A DNA stretch of 64,000 bases, taken from positions 1,707 through 65,706 of the forward strand of contig JAWXTG010000007.1 in NCBI GenBank assembly GCA_044433705.1, in the 5' to 3' direction. The position numbers and the translations under genes are program-made. Shown here piece by piece: positions 9,980 to 18,182 of this stretch. Numbering within the stretch: the first letter of the stretch is position 1; every line of letters begins with the position of its first letter. Under the pieces are notes generated by a model. That model was not told the origin of the DNA and did not search any database. It saw only the letters and a program-made list of their open reading frames with translations. The DNA is from Rikenellaceae bacterium. GTDB taxonomy: Bacteria; Bacteroidota; Bacteroidia; Bacteroidales; Rikenellaceae.

Positions 9980-10993
9980 ATGCGAATTAAGGTTTGAAGC
10001 AACCTAAAATAAGTGGTTAAAAAGTTGGTAATTCACTGATTTCACTATATTGTAGTGCTAATAACGCTATAATTAGACCAGTGAATAACCTCTCAAAGAT
10101 AAACAAAATATACGAGTTTGTATGCGACTTGTATGAAAAAGATTTGCAATTTCACGTGCAACGCTTCTCCAATAATAGTCGACCCAAATTCACCGACCAG
10201 CAAACAATGACAATGTATATCTACTGCACAGCTTGTGAGAAACGCTTGACAATCAAGGATATGTATGATTTTACTCGTACATATTTGAGCGATGTGTTCG
10301 TAAATTTACCATCGTATGTCGCCATTTGCAATCGTATCGCACGTCTTGTTCCAGCGTTCAAGGCTCTATTCGAGCATGTAGCCATGCTCAATATTGAGGA
10401 AGAGCAGGAATTAGAGATCTTCTCCCTGATGGACTCGTTCCCCATCATTACTTGCTCGTCTAAACGAAGGGCTAAAGTTGCTCGTGAGATAGTCAACAAA
10501 GGCTACTGCTCGACAAAATCAATGCACTATTATGGAGTAAAGATACATGCTCTTGCTCGTCATAAGAGCGGCACTCTTCCTATCCCTGAGAGTGTGATTG
10601 TAACACCTGCCTCGGAGCACGATGGAAATGTTTTCAAGGCCAATTGGTGTAACCTTGTTGATAGAAGTTTCTTTGCCGATAAAATATATCAAGATGCACT
10701 ATATCAAAGTATTATGAAAAGAGAATACGGCTCGGAATTATTATCACCTGTGAAATATCCAGCGTATACACCTCCAGAAGTTAAGCTGAGAAATAAAGCT
10801 GCCGATGACCTATACAGTCGCACCGTTTCGAGCATTAGACAGCCTATTGAATCACTATTCAATTGGCTTATCGAGACCACAAATATTCAAAGAGCTTCAA
10901 AGATTAGAAGTACAAGCGGGTTGCTTTCATTTATATTCGGAAAACTTGCTGCTGTATTTCTAATGCTTAAATTTTTCAAACCTTAATTCGCAT
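9980..10993 (+). mobile_element. IS982-family insertion sequence (1,014 bp)
   Basis: Perfect 19-bp terminal inverted repeats ATGCGAATTAAGGTTTGAA (9980-9998) / TTCAAACCTTAATTCGCAT (10975-10993) around a single DDE transposase; no flanking direct repeat. Confidence 0.88.
10081..10986 (+). CDS. IS982-family DDE transposase
   Basis: DSFPIITC, KGYCSTK..YYGVKIH, ASEHD, ADKIY, RQPIESLFNWL; stop codon lies inside the right IR. Confidence 0.9.
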   Translation: MNNLSKINKIYEFVCDLYEKDLQFHVQRFSNNSRPKFTDQQTMTMYIYCTACEKRLTIKDMYDFTRTYLSDVFVNLPSYVAICNRIARLVPAFKALFEHVAMLNIEEEQELEIFSLMDSFPIITCSSKRRAKVAREIVNKGYCSTKSMHYYGVKIHALARHKSGTLPIPESVIVTPASEHDGNVFKANWCNLVDRSFFADKIYQDALYQSIMKREYGSELLSPVKYPAYTPPEVKLRNKAADDLYSRTVSSIRQPIESLFNWLIETTNIQRASKIRSTSGLLSFIFGKLAAVFLMLKFFKP

Positions 10994-11260
10994 AATTCAT
11001 AATTCACAATTTACAATTCACAATTTGTATTGATTCTCAGCTGTTTACAATTCGAATTGGGTTTAAATGCCTTTGGCATTTAAGAAATTTTAGAATAGAA
11101 TAAGTTGCGCAAATTTATTTGTGGCAACTTATTGTGTTCTAAAATCATAGAGTTTTAGCAGAAAACTCTATGCCCAATGCGCAGCGTAGTAAGCACCCGC
11201 GGAGGTGCTATCTCCGCCCGACGGAGTCAGACCCAGGCCGTCCTCAGGCCGTCCTCAGGT
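10994..11260. repeat. Structured intergenic repeat, copy 1 (module A + end motif; other half removed at the IS junction)
   Basis: Five heptamers, three hairpins closed by ATTGGG/CCCAAT, and end motif AGCACCCGCGGAGGTGCTATCTCCGCCCGACGGAGTCAG; shared with four other loci. Confidence 0.92.
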
Positions 11261-11291
11261 GACGCGATTTGCAATCCACGTATATTTTGCG

Positions 11292-11299
11292 TATGTTTG
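11292..11299 (+). promoter_or_regulatory. -7 promoter element (TATGTTTG) with upstream TTTG
   Basis: TAnnTTTG plus TTTG at 11268-11271. Confidence 0.6.
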
Positions 11300-11322
11300 T
11301 AAAAAATAAATCATTTACCTTT

Positions 11323-12243
11323 ATGAATATTCTCGAAGTAGAGGGTGTTTCGAAGCGATACTCGAACCATCTGGCGCTGGATGATGTTTCGCTGTCTATT
11401 CCGCAGGGCTCTGTTTATGGGCTTTTGGGGCCTAATGGGGCGGGTAAGTCGACGCTTATCAAGATCATTAATCGCATTACGATGCCTGATTCTGGGCGGG
11501 TGATGTTTGGCGGGCGCGAGATTGAAGCCTCTGATATCTACCGCATTGGCTATCTGCCTGAGGAGCGTGGACTCTATAAAAAGATGAAAATTGGCGAGCA
11601 GGCGATCTTCTTTGCACGGCTGAAGGGGCTGTCGCGACTCGAGGCCACACAGAGACTCAAGGGGTGGTTCGAGAAGTTTGGAATCGAGAGCTGGTGGGAT
11701 AAGCGCGTCGATGAACTGTCGAAGGGCATGGCGCAGAAGGTGCAGTTCATCACTACGATCCTGCATCAGCCTGAGCTGCTGATCTTTGACGAGCCATTTT
11801 CGGGCTTCGATCCTGTTAATGCCAACCTCCTCAAGGAGGAGATCTTGGGGCTTCGCGATCGTGGCGCTACGGTGATCTTTTCGACCCACAATATGTCGTC
11901 GGTCGAGGAGATTTGCGACCATATAACGCTGATTAACAAGTCGAAAAATATCCTTTCGGGGAGCGTCGATCAGGTGCGCCGAGATAATGGGGGCAACATC
12001 TTCAAGGTGTCGTACCGCGGCTCGGAACAGAGCCTGCGTGGCTCGCTGGGGCAGGGGTGCCAGCTGCTCGAGGGGAGCCAGGTGGGGGGCGCTTACGCCA
12101 ATATCAAGCTCCATATTCCAAATAATAAGGATATCCGTGGCACGATTGCGCGGCTCAATGAGGCTGTGGAACTACGTAGTTTCGAGGAGGTTATCCCAAG
12201 TATGAACGATATCTTCATCCGCGCTGTGAGCGGTGAGGTTTAA
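11323..12243 (+). CDS. ABC-2 type transporter ATP-binding protein (NatA-like)
   Basis: GPNGAGKST, LSKGMAQK, IFDEPFSG; ATG 11323 chosen because it lies downstream of the promoter. Confidence 0.9.
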   Translation: MNILEVEGVSKRYSNHLALDDVSLSIPQGSVYGLLGPNGAGKSTLIKIINRITMPDSGRVMFGGREIEASDIYRIGYLPEERGLYKKMKIGEQAIFFARLKGLSRLEATQRLKGWFEKFGIESWWDKRVDELSKGMAQKVQFITTILHQPELLIFDEPFSGFDPVNANLLKEEILGLRDRGATVIFSTHNMSSVEEICDHITLINKSKNILSGSVDQVRRDNGGNIFKVSYRGSEQSLRGSLGQGCQLLEGSQVGGAYANIKLHIPNNKDIRGTIARLNEAVELRSFEEVIPSMNDIFIRAVSGEV

Positions 12244-12260
12244 ATATATTCTTTCGTGTT

Positions 12261-13577
12261 ATGTCGAATATTAAATTGGTAATCGCGCGTGAATTCAATG
12301 AGCGCGTTCGCAAAAAATCATTTATCATTGCCACCCTGCTCATGCCTATTTTGATGGCGCTGCTCACCCTCTCGCCCATGTTGATCATGCAGTTCAGCAA
12401 GTCGGAGCTTAGGAGGATCGAGGTGGTCGATCGGAGTGGTGTAATATTCTCTGCACTAGAGAGTAACGAAGAGGTGGAGTATCACCTCTCGGAGCTTTCG
12501 CTCGATGAGGCACGCGCCAACAAGGAGCATTTCGGCGTGCTCTTCATCGGTGAGGATATCCTCACCAACAACTCCAATGTGCGGCTCTACACCAACTCGG
12601 CGAGCTCCGTGATGCTGGAGTCGAGCATCACAGCGAGCATCGAGGGGGTGATCGAGGCGGAGCGCCTGCGCCACTACAATATCGAGAATCTCGACGAGAT
12701 CCTGCGCAGCGTCGAGGCCAAAGTCTCGATGCAGACAATTCGCGACGACGACACCTCGGGCAGGGAGAGTTCTTCGTCGATGGCTGCGATGGGCATAGGT
12801 TACATCCTGGGTTTCATCCTCTACATATTCCTAATTATCTACGGCACAATGGTGATGACATCCGTGATCGAGGAGAAGGGCTCGCGCGTGCTCGAGGTGT
12901 TGGTATCCTCGGTCAAGCCCTTCGATCTGCTTATGGGTAAGATCATTAGCATTGCGATGGTTGCGGTGACTCAGATCGCAATATGGGCTGTGTTGATGCT
13001 CACCCTCATGGCGGTGGTGATGCCTGCGTTGATGCCCGACGACATCATGCAGAGCGTCGAAGCGATACAATCGGGTGCCGCAATCACGCCCGAAGCGGCA
13101 GGTGGAATCGACGCTCAGATGATCGGGGCACTAGCCTCGGTGACCGACATAGGTTACATATCTCAGATTCTGCTCTACGCGCTCCTCTTCCTCGTTGGTG
13201 GCTACCTGCTCTACTCGGCGATGTTTGCCGCAGTGGGCTCGGCCGTCGACACAGTCGAGGATTCACAGAACCTACAGCTGCCAATAATGCTTCCCATCAT
13301 GCTAGCATTTATCGTTCAGATGCTCGTAGCAAAAGACCCTAACTCCAATATAATCAAGGTCTTCTCGATGATCCCATTCACCTCGCCCATCATCATGATG
13401 GCCAGGATCCCCCACGGAATACCATCGTGGGAGGTCGCCCTATCGTTGGTGATTCTCTACGCCTCATTCGTCGGCCTAGTTTGGATCGCAGCAAAAATAT
13501 ACCGCGTGGGAATATTCATGCACGGCAAAAAACCTACGCTGAAGGAGCTGTGGCGCTGGGTGCGCGACTCTGCTTGA
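12261..13577 (+). CDS. ABC-2 type transporter permease (NatB-like)
   Basis: REF..RVRKKSF, EEKGSRVLEVLVSSV, PFTSPIIMMAR; multiple TM segments. Confidence 0.88.
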   Translation: MSNIKLVIAREFNERVRKKSFIIATLLMPILMALLTLSPMLIMQFSKSELRRIEVVDRSGVIFSALESNEEVEYHLSELSLDEARANKEHFGVLFIGEDILTNNSNVRLYTNSASSVMLESSITASIEGVIEAERLRHYNIENLDEILRSVEAKVSMQTIRDDDTSGRESSSSMAAMGIGYILGFILYIFLIIYGTMVMTSVIEEKGSRVLEVLVSSVKPFDLLMGKIISIAMVAVTQIAIWAVLMLTLMAVVMPALMPDDIMQSVEAIQSGAAITPEAAGGIDAQMIGALASVTDIGYISQILLYALLFLVGGYLLYSAMFAAVGSAVDTVEDSQNLQLPIMLPIMLAFIVQMLVAKDPNSNIIKVFSMIPFTSPIIMMARIPHGIPSWEVALSLVILYASFVGLVWIAAKIYRVGIFMHGKKPTLKELWRWVRDSA

Positions 13578-13581
13578 TGCA

Positions 13582-13880
13582 GTGCGCTCTTGGGTTGGCC
13601 TGGGGCTGACTCCGTCGGGCGGAGATAGCACCTCCGCGGGTGCTTACTTATGCTGCGATTTGGGCATAGAACTTTTTGCTAAAGTTCTATGATTTTAGAA
13701 CACAATAAGTTGCCACAAATAAATTTGCGCAATTTATTCTATTCTAAAATTTCTTAAATGCCTAAAGGCATTTAAACCCAATTCGAATTGTAAACAGCTA
13801 AGATTTAACACCAATTATGCATTATGAATTATCAATTATGAATTGGTTTAGTCATTCGGAGTCAGACCCAGGTCGTCCCA
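13582..13880. repeat. Structured intergenic repeat, copy 2 (module B deleted)
   Basis: Reverse orientation relative to copy 1; end motif, three hairpins, heptamers, residual right end CGGAGTCAGACCCAGG. Confidence 0.92.
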
Positions 13881-13954
13881 TATTTACAACAAAAAAAGTA
13901 GGATTACAATAAAATTTTGATTATTTTTGTTTCAAATAGATAACAGATACGACT

Positions 13955-14905
13955 ATGAAATTCAGGGTACTATTACTAACTTTTGCCATTATGATGGTTG
14001 GTTGCGGCGGCGATAACTCGAGTAAGTCAAAGGGCTCGAGTGGGCAGGCAACGAGCACGGCGGCAGCCAAGAAGCAGGCCTTTATGCCTCCGATGATCCC
14101 CGCGCATATTGCTGATCCTCAGGCTAAACTTGACTATATGGTCGACCATTTTTGGGACAATTATAGCTTTTCGGACTCTTTGCTACTCTCCGATATGCAG
14201 GTGACGGGCGAGGCCTTTACAACCTATGCTGAGCTGCTGCGCATGGTGCCTGCTGCGCGAGTCGAGCAGAGCGTGACGGCACTGCTCTCGACCTCGTTTG
14301 ACGCCGATTCCCTATCCTTTGCGACGTTCACCACACTCTTCGAGAACTACTTCCACAACCCAAATTCACCATATATGAACGAGGAGACCTACATCCCTGC
14401 GCTGAGATATATCATTGGTAATGAGAAGATAGAGCCCATAAATAAACTGCGTGCCCAAGCACAACTCACCATGGCACTCAAGAACCGCGTGGGCCATAAA
14501 GCCGCAGATTTCGAGTATATGCTCAGGAGCGGCAAGAGCGGCAAGATGCACGATATTGAGGCCGAATATACGATCCTATTTTTCAATAATCCCGACTGCC
14601 ATGACTGCACGCGCGTCAAGGAGTTCTTTGTGGGCTCGGCGCAACTCAACGCACTGCAGCAGCAGGGGGAGCTGAAGATTCTGTCGATATACCCTGACTC
14701 CACAATTGAGCTGTGGCGCGAAACTCAATACCCTGATATGATGATCAATAGCTACGATAAGGGGCAGGTAATCAGCCAAAATGACCTCTACGATCTGAAG
14801 GCAATCCCAACCCTCTACCTGCTCGATAGTGAAAAACGGGTCCTACTTAAAGATGCCCCGATCGAGATGATCGAGGCCTATCTCTTGCAACAGCATAGGC
14901 AGTAG
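13955..14905 (+). CDS. DUF5106-like lipoprotein with C-terminal thioredoxin-like domain
   Basis: Lipobox MVGC; HFWD, NPNSP, CHDC, YDLKAIPTLYLLD. Confidence 0.8.
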   Translation: MKFRVLLLTFAIMMVGCGGDNSSKSKGSSGQATSTAAAKKQAFMPPMIPAHIADPQAKLDYMVDHFWDNYSFSDSLLLSDMQVTGEAFTTYAELLRMVPAARVEQSVTALLSTSFDADSLSFATFTTLFENYFHNPNSPYMNEETYIPALRYIIGNEKIEPINKLRAQAQLTMALKNRVGHKAADFEYMLRSGKSGKMHDIEAEYTILFFNNPDCHDCTRVKEFFVGSAQLNALQQQGELKILSIYPDSTIELWRETQYPDMMINSYDKGQVISQNDLYDLKAIPTLYLLDSEKRVLLKDAPIEMIEAYLLQQHRQ

Positions 14906-14937
14906 ACAGAACGCTGAAACGACTGAATAAAAGCCAA

Positions 14938-15468
14938 TTACAGAACTGTAGAGATGTGCGCCGCGGCGTCGAACTCGGGCAGAGCTGCAGGCTCGAAGTC
15001 GGAGTATCCGACAGCAATACCACAGAGAACACCGAAATTGGCGGGGATCTCGACCAAGCTACGCAGATGCTCTTCGGCAGTTGCGCCTTGGGGCTGCTCC
15101 TTGAGTTGTGGTCGTCCGTCGACATGCACCCAGCATGTTGAGAGGCCTAAATCAGTTGCAGACAACTGCATCATAGTGGCTGAAATAGAGCAGTTTACCT
15201 CCCACAGATCGGTAGCCTCTTTGTCGCCCATCACCAGAATAAATATTGGCGCTCTCTTCACAAATGCCGATCCGTAGTCACGCATCTGGGCCATCTTCTC
15301 GATGATTTCACGATTGCGAATCACCATAAAGTGTGTGGAGTGCGAATTGCGCGACGAGGGCGCCTGAAGTGTCACCTCAAGCAGTGCATCTATCGTGCTC
15401 TGCTCCACCTGTTTGTCGGAATATTTACGTATACTTCGACGCTTTTTTACAATCTCTTTGAACTCCAT
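14938..15468 (-). CDS. Nitroreductase family protein
   Basis: KRRSIRKY, APSSRN, LGLSTCWV. Confidence 0.88.
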   Translation of the reverse strand: MEFKEIVKKRRSIRKYSDKQVEQSTIDALLEVTLQAPSSRNSHSTHFMVIRNREIIEKMAQMRDYGSAFVKRAPIFILVMGDKEATDLWEVNCSISATMMQLSATDLGLSTCWVHVDGRPQLKEQPQGATAEEHLRSLVEIPANFGVLCGIAVGYSDFEPAALPEFDAAAHISTVL

Positions 15469-15550
15469 AAATAAATATTTTTAGCTTTATGTGTCAAATA
15501 TAGTGAAAATTCACTACTTTTGACAAAAATAATATAAAAATGCGTAGAAG

Positions 15551-16387
15551 ATGAAGAGCAAAGTGACGGTAGCACTGATATACGACTTCGACGGAACTCT
15601 CTCGCCAGGCAACATGCAGGAGCATGACTTCATCCCTGCAGTGGGCAAGAGCAATATTGAGTTCTGGAACGAGGCCAACGCCCTTGCCGAGCAGCAGGAC
15701 GCCGACGGAATCTTGGCCTATATGGCTAAGATGATCGAGGCTGCACGCTCGAAAGGGATGTCGCTGAAGCGCGAAATGTTCCAAGCGTCGGGCGCCAAAG
15801 TGACTCTCTTCGAGGGTGTTAAGGAGTGGTTCGGCCGCATCAACGACTACGGTGCAAGCAAAGGCATCACCGTGCTGCACTACATCAACTCCTCGGGACT
15901 CACCGAGATGATCGAGGGCACGCAGATCGCACACGAGTTTCGCAAGATCTACGCCTGCTCGTTCCTCTACAATGCCGAGGGGGATGCCTACTGGCCCGCC
16001 GCCGCGGTCAACTACACAAATAAAACTCAATTTATTTTTAAGATAAACAAGGGCGTCGAGTCGGTCTACGACAGCACCGAGGTGAACCGATTCATCGAGG
16101 AGAGCGACCGCCCCGTGCCCTTCAAACATATGATCTACATTGGCGATGGGACCACAGATATACCCTGCATGCGCCTGGTGAAGAACTTCGGAGGTCGCTC
16201 CATTGCGGTCTACAACCCCGACTCCGACGGCGTACCCGCAGGCATGGAGAGCCTCATCCGCGACAACCGCGTCAACCACGTCTGCCCCGCTAACTACTCG
16301 GAGGGTCAGCCCATCGACACCCTGGTGAAGATGATCATCGACAAGATCGAGACCGACCACCGCCTAAAACTTTTAGAGAGAGTATAA
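15551..16387 (+). CDS. HAD-superfamily hydrolase
   Basis: YDFDGTL motif I, SSG, IGDGTTDIP. Confidence 0.85.
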   Translation: MKSKVTVALIYDFDGTLSPGNMQEHDFIPAVGKSNIEFWNEANALAEQQDADGILAYMAKMIEAARSKGMSLKREMFQASGAKVTLFEGVKEWFGRINDYGASKGITVLHYINSSGLTEMIEGTQIAHEFRKIYACSFLYNAEGDAYWPAAAVNYTNKTQFIFKINKGVESVYDSTEVNRFIEESDRPVPFKHMIYIGDGTTDIPCMRLVKNFGGRSIAVYNPDSDGVPAGMESLIRDNRVNHVCPANYSEGQPIDTLVKMIIDKIETDHRLKLLERV

Positions 16388-16396
16388 TAAATGACC

Positions 16397-16972
16397 ATGA
16401 AGATAATATTTGCAACAAACAACGCCCACAAATTGGCCGAGGTATCGGCAGTGCTGGGCCCTGATTTCGAACTAGTTACACCTCGCGACTGCGGCATATT
16501 CGAGGATATCCCCGAGACCGCCGAGACCCTCGAGGGGAATGCTCTGCAGAAGGCTCACTACCTGCGCGAAAAGACTGGCTTAGACTGCTTTGCCGACGAC
16601 ACAGGCCTCGAGGTCGAGGCCTTGAACGGTGCCCCAGGAGTACGCTCAGCGCGCTACGCCACCGATGGCCACGACTTCGAGGCCAACAACGCCCTACTGC
16701 TCAAAAACTTGGAGGGCGCAGAGAATCGCCGCGCACGATTTCGCACCGTCATTGCACTACTCCAAGGCGACAAAGAGTATCTCTTTGATGGCATTGTCGA
16801 GGGTGAGATTGCCCTCGAGCACTCTGGATGTCAGGGCTTTGGCTACGACCCGATATTCTGCCCCGAGGGAAGCACGCGCAGCTTCGCCGAGATGAGCGCC
16901 GACGAGAAGAACGCAATCTCGCACCGCGGTCGCGCCGTAAAAAAATTAGTGGAACACCTAAAACAAGAGTAA
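16397..16972 (+). CDS. rdgB: Non-canonical purine NTP pyrophosphatase (dITP/XTP)
   Basis: [38 protein letters not shown]. Confidence 0.95.
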   Translation: MKIIFATNNAHKLAEVSAVLGPDFELVTPRDCGIFEDIPETAETLEGNALQKAHYLREKTGLDCFADDTGLEVEALNGAPGVRSARYATDGHDFEANNALLLKNLEGAENRRARFRTVIALLQGDKEYLFDGIVEGEIALEHSGCQGFGYDPIFCPEGSTRSFAEMSADEKNAISHRGRAVKKLVEHLKQE

Positions 16973-16974
16973 AA

Positions 16975-17583
16975 ATGGACGAATTACTATACAGCCGCCA
17001 GGACATATACAACGAGGAGAAAATCAACCAGTTACAGTATCACTACAGCGAAATTCTCAAGCTTCTAGGTGAGGATCCAACCCGTGAGGGGCTCCTCAAG
17101 ACCCCGCAGCGCGTAGCCAAAGCGATGACATTTCTAAACAAGGGTTATCAGCAAGATCCCCTCGAGATTCTCCGCTCCGCAATGTTCCGCGAGGAGTACA
17201 AGCAGATGGTTTTAGTCAAGGATATTGAGCTCTACTCGCTCTGCGAGCACCACATGTTGCCATTCTACGGCAAAGTGCATGTAGCCTATATACCAGATGG
17301 TTACATCACTGGCCTCTCGAAAATTGCGCGCGTCGTCGAGTGTTTCGCGCGCCGCCTACAGGTGCAAGAGCGACTCACAGTTCAGATCCGCGACTCAATC
17401 CAAGAGGCACTCAACCCAATGGGCGTAGCCGTGGTCATCGAAGCAAGCCACATGTGCATGCAGATGCGCGGCATCGAAAAACAATCCTCCGCAACAACAA
17501 CATCCGCATTCACAGGAATATTCCTCTCCGACCTGCGCACCCGCGAAGAGTTTATGACCCTCATATCCAACAAGTATAGGTAA
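16975..17583 (+). CDS. folE: GTP cyclohydrolase I
   Basis: [45 protein letters not shown]; ATG 16975 follows the rdgB stop. Confidence 0.96.
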   Translation: MDELLYSRQDIYNEEKINQLQYHYSEILKLLGEDPTREGLLKTPQRVAKAMTFLNKGYQQDPLEILRSAMFREEYKQMVLVKDIELYSLCEHHMLPFYGKVHVAYIPDGYITGLSKIARVVECFARRLQVQERLTVQIRDSIQEALNPMGVAVVIEASHMCMQMRGIEKQSSATTTSAFTGIFLSDLRTREEFMTLISNKYR

Positions 17584-17585
17584 GC

Positions 17586-18085
17586 TTGGGACGGCCTGGG
17601 TTGGCCTGGGTTGGCCTAGGTCTGACTCCGTCGGGCGGAGATAGCACCTCCGCGGGTGTATATTACGCTGCGTATTGGGCATAGAACTTTCTACTAAAGT
17701 TCTATGATTTTAGAGGTTAGCGTGCCGCTTCAAATAAATTTGAGCAGCACACCAACCTCTAAAATTTCTTAAATGCCCAAAGGCATTTAAACCCAATTCG
17801 AATTGTAAACAGCTGAGATTCAATACGAATTATGAATTGTGAATTGTGAATTGTGAATAAATTTTGCCATTCGGAAATTTGCTGATGGCAACCGTAGGTT
17901 GACATAGATAAATGGTAAGGGATATATTTTGAGAGTTTACTTTCAAAATATATCCCTTGCTATTTAACGTAAAAGCGAAGCGATCAGCAAATTTCCGCAG
18001 CATATGTAAGCACCCGCGGAGGTGCTATCTCCGCCCGACGGAGTCAGTTGTAAACGTCCGAAAGCGGAGTCAGACCCAGGCAGTC
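17586..18085. repeat. Structured intergenic repeat, copy 3 (full length, ~500 bp)
   Basis: Inverted end motifs at both ends, module A (17674-17797), heptamers, module B (17872-17997). Confidence 0.93.
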
Positions 18086-18182
18086 AAAAAAAATCCCGCA
18101 CATTTACTATGCAAATTGTTATTTTACGCTTTAAATTACAATAAAGTTTATTATCTTTGTAGATATCTAATTTTTTTGGGCT

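Noticed and set aside
13582-13880. Repeat copies start with GTGCG like group II introns and follow gene ends
   Set aside because: No domain V/VI motif, no RT ORF, and the ends are inverted repeats
16828-16974. N-terminal extensions in the ORF track for folE, the ABC ATPase (11269), the GNAT (44777), the DMT (22462) and the flippase (46997)
   Set aside because: They overlap upstream genes or promoter elements; downstream ATGs fit better
17586-18085. CRISPR array or tRNA interpretation of the repeats/cloverleaf
   Set aside because: No repeat-spacer periodicity, no cas genes, no T-loop/D-loop consensus, and the stems are too long
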